The notes: generated by a model not told the origin, from the sequence alone. A DNA stretch of 41,189 nt from Candidatus Bathyarchaeota archaeon (GCA_050115935.1 JASFPO010000003.1:1-41189), one strand, 5' to 3'. Shown: positions 28,041-36,945, counted from the stretch's first letter. A program made the numbers and translations.

Positions 28041-29132
28041 TCAATTCTCCGCAAAGGCTTCAAGTTTAGCTGGCAAATATTCATCTACAATGTAAGTTAG
28101 GCCGTAGCGGCTGAAAGCTTCCTGTTCTGCCTTTTTTCTGATTTTCATGAACTTTTTAATCTCTCTTTGCCACAATTTGCCTTTATATCTTGGGTCTTTC
28201 TGCAGATCGTGAAGGCGTTTAACGTCAAAGTCAGTTAAGGGGTCACTTGGCAGCTTGTAATTTACAATATCGCTGGCCCACACACCACTCCACTTGGCAT
28301 CAGGTGTAGTCAACTCTCGCAAGTGAGCCGCGTTTGCTGAGCCGGATATGATGACCATGGCGATGTGCATTCCCCACGGGTCGCCATCAGTTAAGATGCA
28401 GACCGGAAGCTTGAGCTCTTTGTTCAGCCGATGAATAAAGTGTCTAGTGGCGCGAGGTGCTTGCCCAGCAGTAAGTACAAGCAAGGCGTTGAATTTCCTA
28501 TGCACTTGTTCTTCAACAAAACGTGTGAAGAGCCCGCCCTTCTCGATGGCTATTACAAGGTCTGCACCAGTCTTGACGAATTCTGCTGAAGTTAATGCAG
28601 GCCCTATCATGACTCCATCTGGATGAGAAGTCAGGTTCAGCCTTTTACCTTCATACCCTGGAACCGTGTATTCGATCGTTAGGTCTCCGAAAATAGCTGA
28701 GCGCTCTTCAGGGAAAACATTGAAATCTTCACGAGCAAAACCCGCAACAGTTTCAAGATCAGTAATTATATTGTTAGACTCAGGCTGATCTTTGAATGCT
28801 ACTTCGTAAGCCTGTGCAGAATAATAGACATCTCTAAGGGTTGAGGTTTTGCGATGCTTTGCGAGTTCATGGGCGAAGAAGGCTGTCCAAACGAGTTGAG
28901 TGAAAGGGCGAATATGCCGTATGTTGCGGGCGCTCCGGCGCACTGCCCTTTCTCCCAAGACATACTGACGAAGTTCAGGATTATAGTAGATGTTCTCGAT
29001 GGAGCGGCTGGGCATCCTTATCGTTGGAAAATCACCTTTCTCCATTTGCTCGTAAAGGTTGAGTCCGAAATTTTCTAATACGGTCACAATTTCCTTTTTT
29101 CTTTCTAAAGCAGCACTCTTAATCTTTTTCAT
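28041..29132 (-). CDS. top6A: DNA topoisomerase VI subunit A
   Basis: STLRDVYY (catalytic Tyr), Q.ES..II.DLE, Toprim IAIEK and TDGDPWG, KAEQEA. Confidence 0.96.
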   Translation of the reverse strand: MKKIKSAALERKKEIVTVLENFGLNLYEQMEKGDFPTIRMPSRSIENIYYNPELRQYVLGERAVRRSARNIRHIRPFTQLVWTAFFAHELAKHRKTSTLRDVYYSAQAYEVAFKDQPESNNIITDLETVAGFAREDFNVFPEERSAIFGDLTIEYTVPGYEGKRLNLTSHPDGVMIGPALTSAEFVKTGADLVIAIEKGGLFTRFVEEQVHRKFNALLVLTAGQAPRATRHFIHRLNKELKLPVCILTDGDPWGMHIAMVIISGSANAAHLRELTTPDAKWSGVWASDIVNYKLPSDPLTDFDVKRLHDLQKDPRYKGKLWQREIKKFMKIRKKAEQEAFSRYGLTYIVDEYLPAKLEAFAEN

Positions 29133-30684
29133 GCTTCTTCACACTCAACAATAATTTCCTAATGTTGGGAGGTTTTTCCTTGCCAGCTAATTCGGTTGAA
29201 AACCGGGCGATTTTCGGGAGGTACTTAGAAAAGGTAGAGAGTCGCTTTCTTTCTCTTTCCACGTGTTCTCGCTTAGTCAAAAAGCGTTGGAGTTGACGAG
29301 CTGCTTCGCGGATTCCATTAAGGATTTCTCTCTTCACCTCAGGTCTGTCAGCAATAAATTCTTTGCCCACGGTTTTGTACGGAACCTTGGTGCTACATAT
29401 GTGAACCAATATGGCGATTGGCATGTCAGATGCCACATGATATCTTCGCCAGTTGATCCTCTTGATAATTCTCCATGAGACATCGCTAGCTTCATCGTAC
29501 AGCAAAGGAATTCTATTGGCAAACCTATAGAGGACCAGATCGTTTTTCCTTGCTATGTTTCCGCCATAGGCTATAGCAACTTCAACGATGAAGGGATGCC
29601 CTGAATAAGTAGAAGGCTGACGTTGGCAGAAAGCAATAAACTCGGGCTGCAACTCTTTCAGAATTCCAGCCTTAAGCAGTTCCTCACCTATGGGTGACAA
29701 ACAACCGGCATCTGGAGGCAGAAAATTACGAAATCGCTTCATCATCTTTACAAGCCGTACGATTCTCTCTCGTGAAAGTTTTCTCGGGTTTTTGGTTTTG
29801 CCTATCCCAGCCGATTCCAGAAATCGGTGGGAAGTTTTCTCGCCTACTCGATGGAAATGATTTCTCATGAAGTCAATCATGTTTCGGTAAGGAGTAATTC
29901 GTATAAGTCGTTGAATGGTTTCAACATCCACACCGTAGGGGTGGGGTTTTGTCTCCTTTGGAGGGGGAGGCATTTGAGTGGTGACTCGCATGAATTTATA
30001 GAGGCGTCCTTTTGGATCGATGAATGTGATTTTGGCGTAGGGATTGACCAGAGCTGTTTGTTTCAGGTATTCCAGAATTCGAGACATCGCCTTCGCGTAG
30101 TCGCCCTCTAAAGAGAATCCTACGATTGTACCTCTCCAGCCCTCCTTGTTTAACATGATCTTTCGATCCAATATTATTGGTCGATTTCTAGGGATGTCCA
30201 CCATAAGCTTGTAGATGTAAATTCTGGCTCCGCCAGTGCTTGACTTGACAAAAGCTGGTTTGTGAGTGGTGATTTGTCCGTAAAGAAGTGACATCGTTCC
30301 GCCTAGACCAAAGGTTCCTCGTGCCTGCTTGAGCTTGTACTTTGAGCCGAATAGAACTTGGCCAAAGGCTGAGGGTATGTGACGCGCTGGTACGCCGGAG
30401 CCATTATCTTTTACACGTAGTGTATACACCTTTGGTAAAGAGCTGTTGGTTTCATTTCCAAGCAGATTTTCATCTTCAGTCTTTATCTTCATAGCCTCAA
30501 GGTCGTAGGAAAGTCGAACGTAAATGTCGGGGGGTATGCCTGAATTGTCAGAGGCGTCGAGAGAGTTCTCCACAAGCTCTCGAATTGAAGAGAAAATGGC
30601 TCTGGATGGGTTGGTGAATCCCGCTATATCGCGATTTCTGTAGAAGAAGTCTGCAGCACTTATCTCTTCAAAGACCTGCACCAT
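29119..30684 (-). CDS. top6B: DNA topoisomerase VI subunit B
   Basis: GHKL motifs ELVENSLDA, DNGSG, GSKY...RG..GLG, plus PHPYGVD and RFANRIPLL. Start placed at ATG 30684 after AAGGAGA. Confidence 0.96.
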   Translation of the reverse strand: MVQVFEEISAADFFYRNRDIAGFTNPSRAIFSSIRELVENSLDASDNSGIPPDIYVRLSYDLEAMKIKTEDENLLGNETNSSLPKVYTLRVKDNGSGVPARHIPSAFGQVLFGSKYKLKQARGTFGLGGTMSLLYGQITTHKPAFVKSSTGGARIYIYKLMVDIPRNRPIILDRKIMLNKEGWRGTIVGFSLEGDYAKAMSRILEYLKQTALVNPYAKITFIDPKGRLYKFMRVTTQMPPPPKETKPHPYGVDVETIQRLIRITPYRNMIDFMRNHFHRVGEKTSHRFLESAGIGKTKNPRKLSRERIVRLVKMMKRFRNFLPPDAGCLSPIGEELLKAGILKELQPEFIAFCQRQPSTYSGHPFIVEVAIAYGGNIARKNDLVLYRFANRIPLLYDEASDVSWRIIKRINWRRYHVASDMPIAILVHICSTKVPYKTVGKEFIADRPEVKREILNGIREAARQLQRFLTKREHVERERKRLSTFSKYLPKIARFSTELAGKEKPPNIRKLLLSVKKHEKD

Positions 30685-30883
30685 TCCCAGCCATCTCCTT
30701 GTAATCATACATCATATGTGGGTAGTCCGATTTTGTTCTTCCGCTGTCATTTCAGAGGTTTGCTTCAAATAGTCTTCTGGGCATTGCGGCACTGCAAATC
30801 AACCGCAGGACAAATTCGCTTATATTTCAACACAGAATATATATCTTTGTTGCGTTGATTGTGTCAAAAACAAACATGGATTC

Positions 30884-31471
30884 TTATTTTTCTAGTTTTT
30901 CATGGGGAGTTTCCCAGAGTTCCAGTTTCTTTCTCTTGAGTTCTTGTCTCTTTCTCTGTAGAAACCGATAAACTGTGTTGTGTTGGCTCCCTTTGATCAG
31001 CATGAGTATAGCTTCTCTTGCAGCGTTTGCTTGATCGTAGCTTCCTATTACTGAAATTGTGTGCCCATATATCGAGACTTCAGCGTCTGTTAACTCCTCT
31101 ATTATGCGTCTTGTTTTGCCGCCCTTGCCTATGATTCTACCTTTTAAGCGTTGGATATCAGCTGGAGATTTGCCAACGGTTAGGCGCAGGTCAATAACTT
31201 CTAGCACTGTGTCCTCATTGTAGAGCAGTTGATATGCTCGTTGTGGCGAGAAGCCTCTACCGATGGCTATTATGACTTCCTTTGCTCTGAAAAGCAGCGA
31301 AGGGTCTTGAGCGTTTGGGTCTAAAATTATTGTGACCTCCCCAGTCGTGCTGTCTATTTCAAGCTTCACATGGAGTTTTTTCTCGACGTTCGCCTTAACT
31401 CTCCCTTCTGGACCTATGAGGGCACCTATTCGATCTCGGGGGATCTTCACGAAAGTGCTAGCTCTTGACGT
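30884..31471 (-). CDS. KH-domain ribosome biogenesis protein (Dim2/Pno1/Krr1-like)
   Basis: IGALIGPEG, AIGRGF, GRIIGKGGKTR, G..H..VY. The ORF track starts at GTG 31450; an SD-supported ACG start at 31471 is proposed (see findings). Confidence 0.92.
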   Translation of the reverse strand, partial: TSRASTFVKIPRDRIGALIGPEGRVKANVEKKLHVKLEIDSTTGEVTIILDPNAQDPSLLFRAKEVIIAIGRGFSPQRAYQLLYNEDTVLEVIDLRLTVGKSPADIQRLKGRIIGKGGKTRRIIEELTDAEVSIYGHTISVIGSYDQANAAREAILMLIKGSQHNTVYRFLQRKRQELKRKKLELWETPHEKLEK

Positions 31472-32291
31472 TTCCAGTCACCTTTTTTAACAGCTCATCT
31501 ATAGTTGGAACAGCAACACCTAATCGTACAAAGTAGCGTCTCATGTTTTCGAGGTCTCTGCGCAGAAACTCGTTTGCCATGGGATGTTTCCGCGATACAG
31601 CTTGGGAAACGTCGAAAAGAACAGGTTTTCCTTTCCATATCATGATGTTGTATTCGCTTAGGTCAGCATGCACCAACCCTGCTTTCTTATAGAGCCTTTT
31701 AACATTGGCTAATATCTGCCGGTAGGTTCTATCTGGATTCTTGAGGGGAGCTTCTCTAAGTAGAGGCGCGCTGATTCCCTTTTCTCCGATGAATCTCATA
31801 ACTAGAACATTGCGTGAAACGGCTATAGGTTTGGGAACGTTTACTCCAGCTTCAAGGGCGGTGTGTAAGTTTTTAAATTCTTTCTGAGCCCACAAGTAGA
31901 TGAGCGAACGGGTGTCTCTTTTCACTCTGGTGAATCTTGGATCGCCTTGAATGTAGACTAGCATACCTTTTTTGAACTCGGATGAGACTGTTAGGAAGAT
32001 TTTGATGGCTAAGGTGTTGTTGTCTTTGTCTTTGCCCCAGTAGAGCTTTGATTCTTTTCCAGCCTTTACTGCACCGTGGATTTCGTCTATTGTTCCTTTG
32101 TTCATGAGGTGATAAATTGTCATGAGAGTTGAGCGGTCAAAAACTTCTTCTAATACTGCTCTTTCGGACGAAATGTCTTTGTGTAGCATCTTTCTTTCTC
32201 TCTCGTAACGCTGTTCTCGTCTCTTTAGCTTCTCTTGGACTTTGCTTCGCTGTTGGCGATTGCCCACTGATTTCCCTCTTTTTTCTGTCAT
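31458..32291 (-). CDS. rio1: Rio1 atypical serine kinase
   Basis: GKES, AIKIF, WAQKEFKNL, VHADLSEYN, FDVSQ. Confidence 0.95.
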   Translation of the reverse strand: MTEKRGKSVGNRQQRSKVQEKLKRREQRYERERKMLHKDISSERAVLEEVFDRSTLMTIYHLMNKGTIDEIHGAVKAGKESKLYWGKDKDNNTLAIKIFLTVSSEFKKGMLVYIQGDPRFTRVKRDTRSLIYLWAQKEFKNLHTALEAGVNVPKPIAVSRNVLVMRFIGEKGISAPLLREAPLKNPDRTYRQILANVKRLYKKAGLVHADLSEYNIMIWKGKPVLFDVSQAVSRKHPMANEFLRRDLENMRRYFVRLGVAVPTIDELLKKVTGNVKS

Positions 32292-32309
32292 TCATATTTC
32301 AGCAAGCAT

Positions 32310-32322
32310 TCTTATAAATTGG
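32310..32322 (-). promoter_or_regulatory. Putative TATA box for a leaderless rio1 transcript
   Basis: Minus-strand AATTTATAAG about 20-28 nt upstream of ATG 32291. Confidence 0.45.
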
Positions 32323-32372
32323 AGTTGTTTTTCTGGGTTGTAGGCGGGTGAAGGTCTTCTAACAGAAATCTT

Positions 32373-32615
32373 CTACTCCAGTTTACTAAGCACATAGAAT
32401 GTTAGGGCTAGAATGAAGAGATTGATTAGTAATTCGATGGAGGCGATAATGGGATATTCGAAAATCACTACTTTTCCATGTTTGAGGACGCTGAAGAAAA
32501 TTATCGAGAAGCTTATTGAGTCTCCAATGAGCCAGCCTAAGAGAAGAGTGATGAAGAATTTCGTTTTGAAGTTTGATCCGGCAAGAGATTTCTTCGTTAC
32601 TTTTTCACTTTGCAT
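32373..32615 (-). CDS. Small two-TM hypothetical protein
   Basis: 80 aa from ATG 32615, with a GGGAG SD and two hydrophobic segments. Confidence 0.55.
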   Translation of the reverse strand: MQSEKVTKKSLAGSNFKTKFFITLLLGWLIGDSISFSIIFFSVLKHGKVVIFEYPIIASIELLINLFILALTFYVLSKLE

Positions 32616-32770
32616 TCGTCTTCTCCCTTCTCTATGGTCTAGAGGCTTCACTATCGTTATAAAAAGATGTTTCCACAGTTGGCATAATTCGGACTAAGAT
32701 ACAGTATACGTAATCTAGTGCGCACAATCCCTTCATTAAATGGTATGTTCGATATCTCAAGAATACAAAA

Positions 32771-33067
32771 TCACATTTTCACGATTTGCGCATGAGGTAC
32801 CCCAGAGATCTCCAGAACAGCCTCTGGATGAACTAACCCTTCCTGCATTGCACGTTTCACTATATGTTTTCCAACCATGTTCACGATTGTACACTGCCTC
32901 ACAAGGTCAATAGCTTCTTCAACAGATACTTTAGAGCCTTTATAGAAGCCTTCTTTCACTTCGAAAACTATCTTGCCGTCACGCAGAACTTGGCCAAGCA
33001 GTTCAGCATCACATGTCGCCAAAACTGTGAATCTGCCCCATTTGCGCAGGTTTACATAGACTTCCAA
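32771..33067 (-). CDS. DUF424 family protein
   Basis: VLATCDAELLG, FYKG, VNMVG...V..A...G.V...AV..I.GVPHAQ. Start placed at TTG 33067. Confidence 0.85.
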   Translation of the reverse strand: MEVYVNLRKWGRFTVLATCDAELLGQVLRDGKIVFEVKEGFYKGSKVSVEEAIDLVRQCTIVNMVGKHIVKRAMQEGLVHPEAVLEISGVPHAQIVKM

Positions 33068-33181
33068 TGTGATACGCGCTTCTGTTCTATTGTGCGTTTC
33101 TGGCGAAGCTATACTAGGCATGCCTTAAGATTATAGATGCAACATGTAATTCTTAATGTTTGCTCGTGTCAAACCTTGGCT

Positions 33182-33592
33182 CTACATGCTGCGCACAGAA
33201 CTTTTAGCCCCACAAGCTTCGCAAACCATAAAACTAAGCCGCTTCTCTTTCACAATCTTCGTATCTGGACGCTTGCAAACGGGACAAACCACGAAAGCAT
33301 CAGCATAGTGTTGAACCAAACGTTCAAAAGTGTCACGTGGAAACTTGCCTTGAAAGATGGCTCTTGTGCCGCTCATCGCTCCAGCGGTGGCCATTTCTCG
33401 TGATAAATAGCGCAACAGATGCTGAGGGTCACGGTTGAAAGCGTCTGAAATCTCCTTAAAATTGTGAACAATTGTCCTCATGCCAACTCTGAAGCTGCGC
33501 GGCCTTGGAATCTCAAATCGCTTGCGCTCAAGAATCTGTGGGGGAAGCTGCGAATGAGCTCGCTTCAGCAACTCCTTATAATCGGACTTCAT
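33182..33592 (-). CDS. eif2b: Translation initiation factor aIF-2 beta subunit
   Basis: Y..LL.RA, RFEIP, RT...NF, and Zn finger CPVCKRPDT...CEACGA. Confidence 0.95.
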   Translation of the reverse strand: MKSDYKELLKRAHSQLPPQILERKRFEIPRPRSFRVGMRTIVHNFKEISDAFNRDPQHLLRYLSREMATAGAMSGTRAIFQGKFPRDTFERLVQHYADAFVVCPVCKRPDTKIVKEKRLSFMVCEACGAKSSVRSM

Positions 33593-33687
33593 ATCTTTTT
33601 CCTTCGAAGACCTTTCTTTTATGAAGAGCCTTACCTGTTTAAATAGTTTGCATACAAATGCTCAAGCATCAGATTTGAGGCTGGAAA

Positions 33688-34281
33688 ATGTGCAGTGAAA
33701 TCTGGAACTGGGAAAAATGCAAAGACAAAGTTAGAACGCTGAGGGGAAGACTGGGATTTCCCGACGCTCCTTCTCTAAAATTCTTAGGGTTGAGTCTTTC
33801 CCTTAAAGATGGACGCATACAAGATGATTTAGGGCGAACCCTCTATTCAAGAATAGAACCAAGCGTCTACTGTATACTCTGTGGATATTCAGATGCGCAA
33901 CCAGTTCCAGAAGCTCAGCGGCTGGTTTCTTTTGCTCAACTGTGGGGAGGTCGCTTATACCAGAGCGTGTTTGCTCAGCGTGTAATTAGGCCGACTGAAA
34001 AGACCTTTGGCTCAGAAGCTCCCATGTTATATCAAGCGGCAAAGCTTCTGGGTGGTCAAAAGCTAAGCTACGGCGACTGTTCAGTGAAAGTCTATTCCCT
34101 TCCTATGGTGCCAATAACTGTTATTCTATGGGCTAAAACATCGGAGTTTCCAGCTTCAGCAAACATTCTGTTTGACTTTTCTGCAAGCAACTTTCTGTCC
34201 ACTGAACAACTTGTTATGCTGAGCGGATTGACCTCGGCGAGGTTGAGGCACGCTCTTGAAGCGTTGGTTTCTGAAAGATAG
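33688..34281 (+). CDS. DUF3786 family protein
   Basis: SF.QL.GG..Y...F..R, LP.VP...ILW....EFPASANILFD, L.TE pattern. Confidence 0.8.
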   Translation: MCSEIWNWEKCKDKVRTLRGRLGFPDAPSLKFLGLSLSLKDGRIQDDLGRTLYSRIEPSVYCILCGYSDAQPVPEAQRLVSFAQLWGGRLYQSVFAQRVIRPTEKTFGSEAPMLYQAAKLLGGQKLSYGDCSVKVYSLPMVPITVILWAKTSEFPASANILFDFSASNFLSTEQLVMLSGLTSARLRHALEALVSER

Positions 34282-34338
34282 TTTAATAAACAAGCTTTGT
34301 TATTCTCATAGTCGCGTCTTGCGAAGGAGAGAACGTAG

Positions 34339-34731
34339 TTGTCTGTTTGGCATGGAAGTCAGCATAAAAGGAAGCCTTCAGGGGGCAGAAAGAGAGGCTA
34401 CCGGAAGAAAAGGAAATTTGAAGAAGGCTCTTTTCCAGCAGAGACGACGCTTGGCGAAACCAAGAAGAAGATTTCGCAACAACGAGGAAACAAAATTAAG
34501 ATACGACTGCTAAAAGTGAACCAAGCAAACGTTTCTAATCCTTCAACTGGAAAAACCGAAAAAACGGAGATTGTGCGCGTAATAAGAAACCCGGCTAATG
34601 TAGATTATAATCGTAGAGGAGTAATCACAAAGGGCACAGTCATTGAAACACCGTTGGGAACAGCTCGCGTGACCTCTCATCCTGGACAAGACGGACTGGT
34701 AAATGCTATACTTGTTCAAAAAGAAAAATAG
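34339..34731 (+). CDS. rps8e: 30S ribosomal protein S8e
   Basis: RKPSGG, RKKRKFE.G, NPAN..YNRRGVITKG, VTS.PGQDG.VNA. Confidence 0.97.
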   Translation: MSVWHGSQHKRKPSGGRKRGYRKKRKFEEGSFPAETTLGETKKKISQQRGNKIKIRLLKVNQANVSNPSTGKTEKTEIVRVIRNPANVDYNRRGVITKGTVIETPLGTARVTSHPGQDGLVNAILVQKEK

Positions 34732-34778
34732 ATAGAGGCCAAGCCCAACAAGACCAGAAAGGACGCGGGTTGGGGTAC

Positions 34779-35063
34779 ATGAGAAAACAAGACAAAATCC
34801 TTCTGTGGCCAGCCTACTTTGACTCAAATAAAACCCGACTAGAGGGAAGAAGAGTGTCCAAAAGCCTTGGCATAACCTCTCCAAAACTAGTGGAGATACA
34901 GAACGCAGCAAGAAGCATAGGTCTGCAACCAGAAGTCGTTTTAGATGTTAAATATCCTAAAAGTCCTTGGCAAAAAACAGGCTACATCTTAATTCCAAAA
35001 AGAGACTCAAAAGCAAAAACAATACGTAGAATCGCAAGAGAGTTGGTAAACGTACGCAAGTAA
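34779..35063 (+). CDS. srp19: Signal recognition particle protein Srp19
   Basis: LWPAYFDS.KTR.EGRRV, KYPKSPW...G, SK...I..IA. Confidence 0.95.
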   Translation: MRKQDKILLWPAYFDSNKTRLEGRRVSKSLGITSPKLVEIQNAARSIGLQPEVVLDVKYPKSPWQKTGYILIPKRDSKAKTIRRIARELVNVRK

Positions 35064-35274
35064 ACGCATACTGATGTGAATTCTTAGAGATTCATGCCAT
35101 CAGTTCTGTCCTTTTTGAAGACTCTTCACAAATGCTAATTGTGTGAACATGCGATCTAGACGCGTGTATAGTCTTTTCCATAGACTGCTCACTTTTTGTT
35201 GAACTTAGATTTTGCATCATTGGAATATCTCAAGACTGGAATCATGGGTCTCAATTCTTCATACATGCCATTTG

Positions 35275-35287
35275 TGAAACTTTATAT
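35275..35287 (+). promoter_or_regulatory. Putative BRE/TATA box for the 50-aa/170-aa gene pair
   Basis: TGAAAC-TTTATAT about 36 nt upstream of ATG 35323. Confidence 0.5.
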
Positions 35288-35322
35288 GTTCACCCATGAT
35301 ACTATACGTTTGAGGCAGAGAG

Positions 35323-35475
35323 ATGGGAAAGTTAACCATCGTAAAGAAAGAAAAGATTCCCAGCGCCGAAGAACATGAGAAAAAGTTGAAGGAGGATCCA
35401 GTCAGCGCAAAGATGCTCAAGGAGCGGGACCGACAAGTCGAAAAGGCCTTGAAAAAAATCAAGGAGGGCCAATAG
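35323..35475 (+). CDS. Small charged helical protein, 50 aa (below the ORF-track cutoff)
   Basis: MGKLTIVKKEKIPSAEEHEKKLKEDPVSAKMLKERDRQVEKALKKIKEGQ*. GAGG SD and TATA upstream. Its 3' end contains the GGAGG SD of the next gene. Confidence 0.65.
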   Translation: MGKLTIVKKEKIPSAEEHEKKLKEDPVSAKMLKERDRQVEKALKKIKEGQ

Positions 35476-35477
35476 CA

Positions 35478-35990
35478 ATGTCACTTCCAGCGACCTTCGA
35501 GGTTACGCCGAGAAAACCCTTTGTGTCTCTATATGACAGTGTGAAAGCAGTGTGGAAATACGTTGCGTTTCTAGATTGCTATGGCGTCATATATGCGTAT
35601 TGGAGCCCTCGTAGCTTGACCAGCCAGTACGGCAAAAACGAGGCGTTTCTTATAGGAAGCAGGAGTATTGGCACGCCAGCGCCAGCAACAATGCCCTCGC
35701 CATATTATCACTATTCAGTTGCCAGATTGATGTTTCGCACAGACGGGACAGCTGATGACCAGTACCTCTTGATGTTTCATCTTTCTAGTAGATCGGCGGG
35801 AAGGGCAGCTATCTACGTAAATGGAGTCTTGGCAAATCGAGAAGACGTAACCAGACTAGATGAGAAAACGTCGATTCTCATGCCGTGCCCAGGTCCACAG
35901 AGATATTCGTACATCTACTTGTTCCGCGAGACTGGGCTCTATAATGAGCTTTCACTGAAAGGAATTGAATGCTACCTCCTCCGCGCGTAG
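35478..35990 (+). CDS. Hypothetical protein, aromatic-rich, probably beta-rich
   Basis: 170-aa ORF with an AAGGAGG SD, followed by a C7-T7 tract at ~36008-36021. Confidence 0.7.
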   Translation: MSLPATFEVTPRKPFVSLYDSVKAVWKYVAFLDCYGVIYAYWSPRSLTSQYGKNEAFLIGSRSIGTPAPATMPSPYYHYSVARLMFRTDGTADDQYLLMFHLSSRSAGRAAIYVNGVLANREDVTRLDEKTSILMPCPGPQRYSYIYLFRETGLYNELSLKGIECYLLRA

Positions 35991-36039
35991 GCTAATCCAG
36001 TACAGAGCCCCCCCTTTTTTTGTAGTAGGAGAAGAACGT

Positions 36040-36840
36040 TTGCAGTGTATCGAGGATCTAATAGTCCGAATAAAGAGAGTCTTAGAGACTGATAATGAGA
36101 TTCTACTAGCGTATCTGTTTGGTTCGCAAGGTGAGGGAAGAGCAACTGAACACAGCGATGTTGACATTGCAATACTACACTGCGGTTGTCCATCGGTTAA
36201 GGTTGGTGAGATCCAGAAGAAAGTAGTCCAAGAGCTACGATTGAATGGGGATAAGGTCGATGTAGTTGATATCTCAAAAGCTTCGGCTCATCTAATAATC
36301 AACATAGTCAAGGGGTTAAGACTTATTGATAGAGGAGACTTTGAAAGAAGACTAATCAAGGAATTGATAAAGTCTCCTGGAATCCGTGTAATGAAAGATT
36401 CATCTTTAATGTTTGATTCATCTGTGATAGACTTTATGTATTCAAGGCTCGAAAAAATCAAGGAGGAGGTCGCTTACCTAAATGAAGAGATCTTGATGAA
36501 GGGAGCTGAGGTAGTTGCCACAGATGGAACTCTGCGAAGGGCTATGGCTAGGTCTGCACATGAGACAATCGAGGTGATGTTGGATATATGTCGCAATTTA
36601 GTATCCGTGAAAGCCCTTGGAGCTGCTGAAGGATATCATGACTTCCCGCGCTTATTGCGCCAACACAACATAATGCCTCTTTCTCTAGCGGAAACTCTTG
36701 AAAAAACTGCAACACTGAGGATTACACTTGTTCAGGGATGCGCCGAGGTTGACCATCATAAGCTGTTCGATAAGGCCCATGAGATCGTCGAGCACATAGC
36801 CCCAGAATTCGAAGAATGGGTACTTGGACTCCTAAGGTAA
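36040..36840 (+). CDS. Fused minimal nucleotidyltransferase (MntA-like) and DUF86 HEPN (HepT-like) protein with a degenerate RNase motif
   Basis: YLFGS-x10-DVD in the N-terminal domain. HEPN region IE...DICR.L......Y......L, and R-ITLV-Q-G-C where RNxxxHxY is expected. AGGAG SD before TTG 36040. Confidence 0.85.
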   Translation: MQCIEDLIVRIKRVLETDNEILLAYLFGSQGEGRATEHSDVDIAILHCGCPSVKVGEIQKKVVQELRLNGDKVDVVDISKASAHLIINIVKGLRLIDRGDFERRLIKELIKSPGIRVMKDSSLMFDSSVIDFMYSRLEKIKEEVAYLNEEILMKGAEVVATDGTLRRAMARSAHETIEVMLDICRNLVSVKALGAAEGYHDFPRLLRQHNIMPLSLAETLEKTATLRITLVQGCAEVDHHKLFDKAHEIVEHIAPEFEEWVLGLLR

Positions 36841-36930
36841 AAACACGCGCAATTAGCCCGAAAAATCCAAAATTTGACAGTAAATAGCACTTTTAGACGA
36901 GTAGAACAAAGCAATCCACAAAATCGGTTA

Positions 36931-36945
36931 AGAAAGGTTTAAATA
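36931..36945 (+). promoter_or_regulatory. BRE/TATA box of the gar1-tfb operon
   Basis: AGAAAGG-TTTAAATA about 45 nt upstream of the gar1 start. Confidence 0.6.

Noticed and set aside
30685-30750. In-frame upstream ATG...TGA before top6B suggesting selenocysteine or read-through
   Set aside because: A good SD precedes ATG 30684, the conserved Top6B N-terminus starts there, and no SECIS-like evidence was seen.
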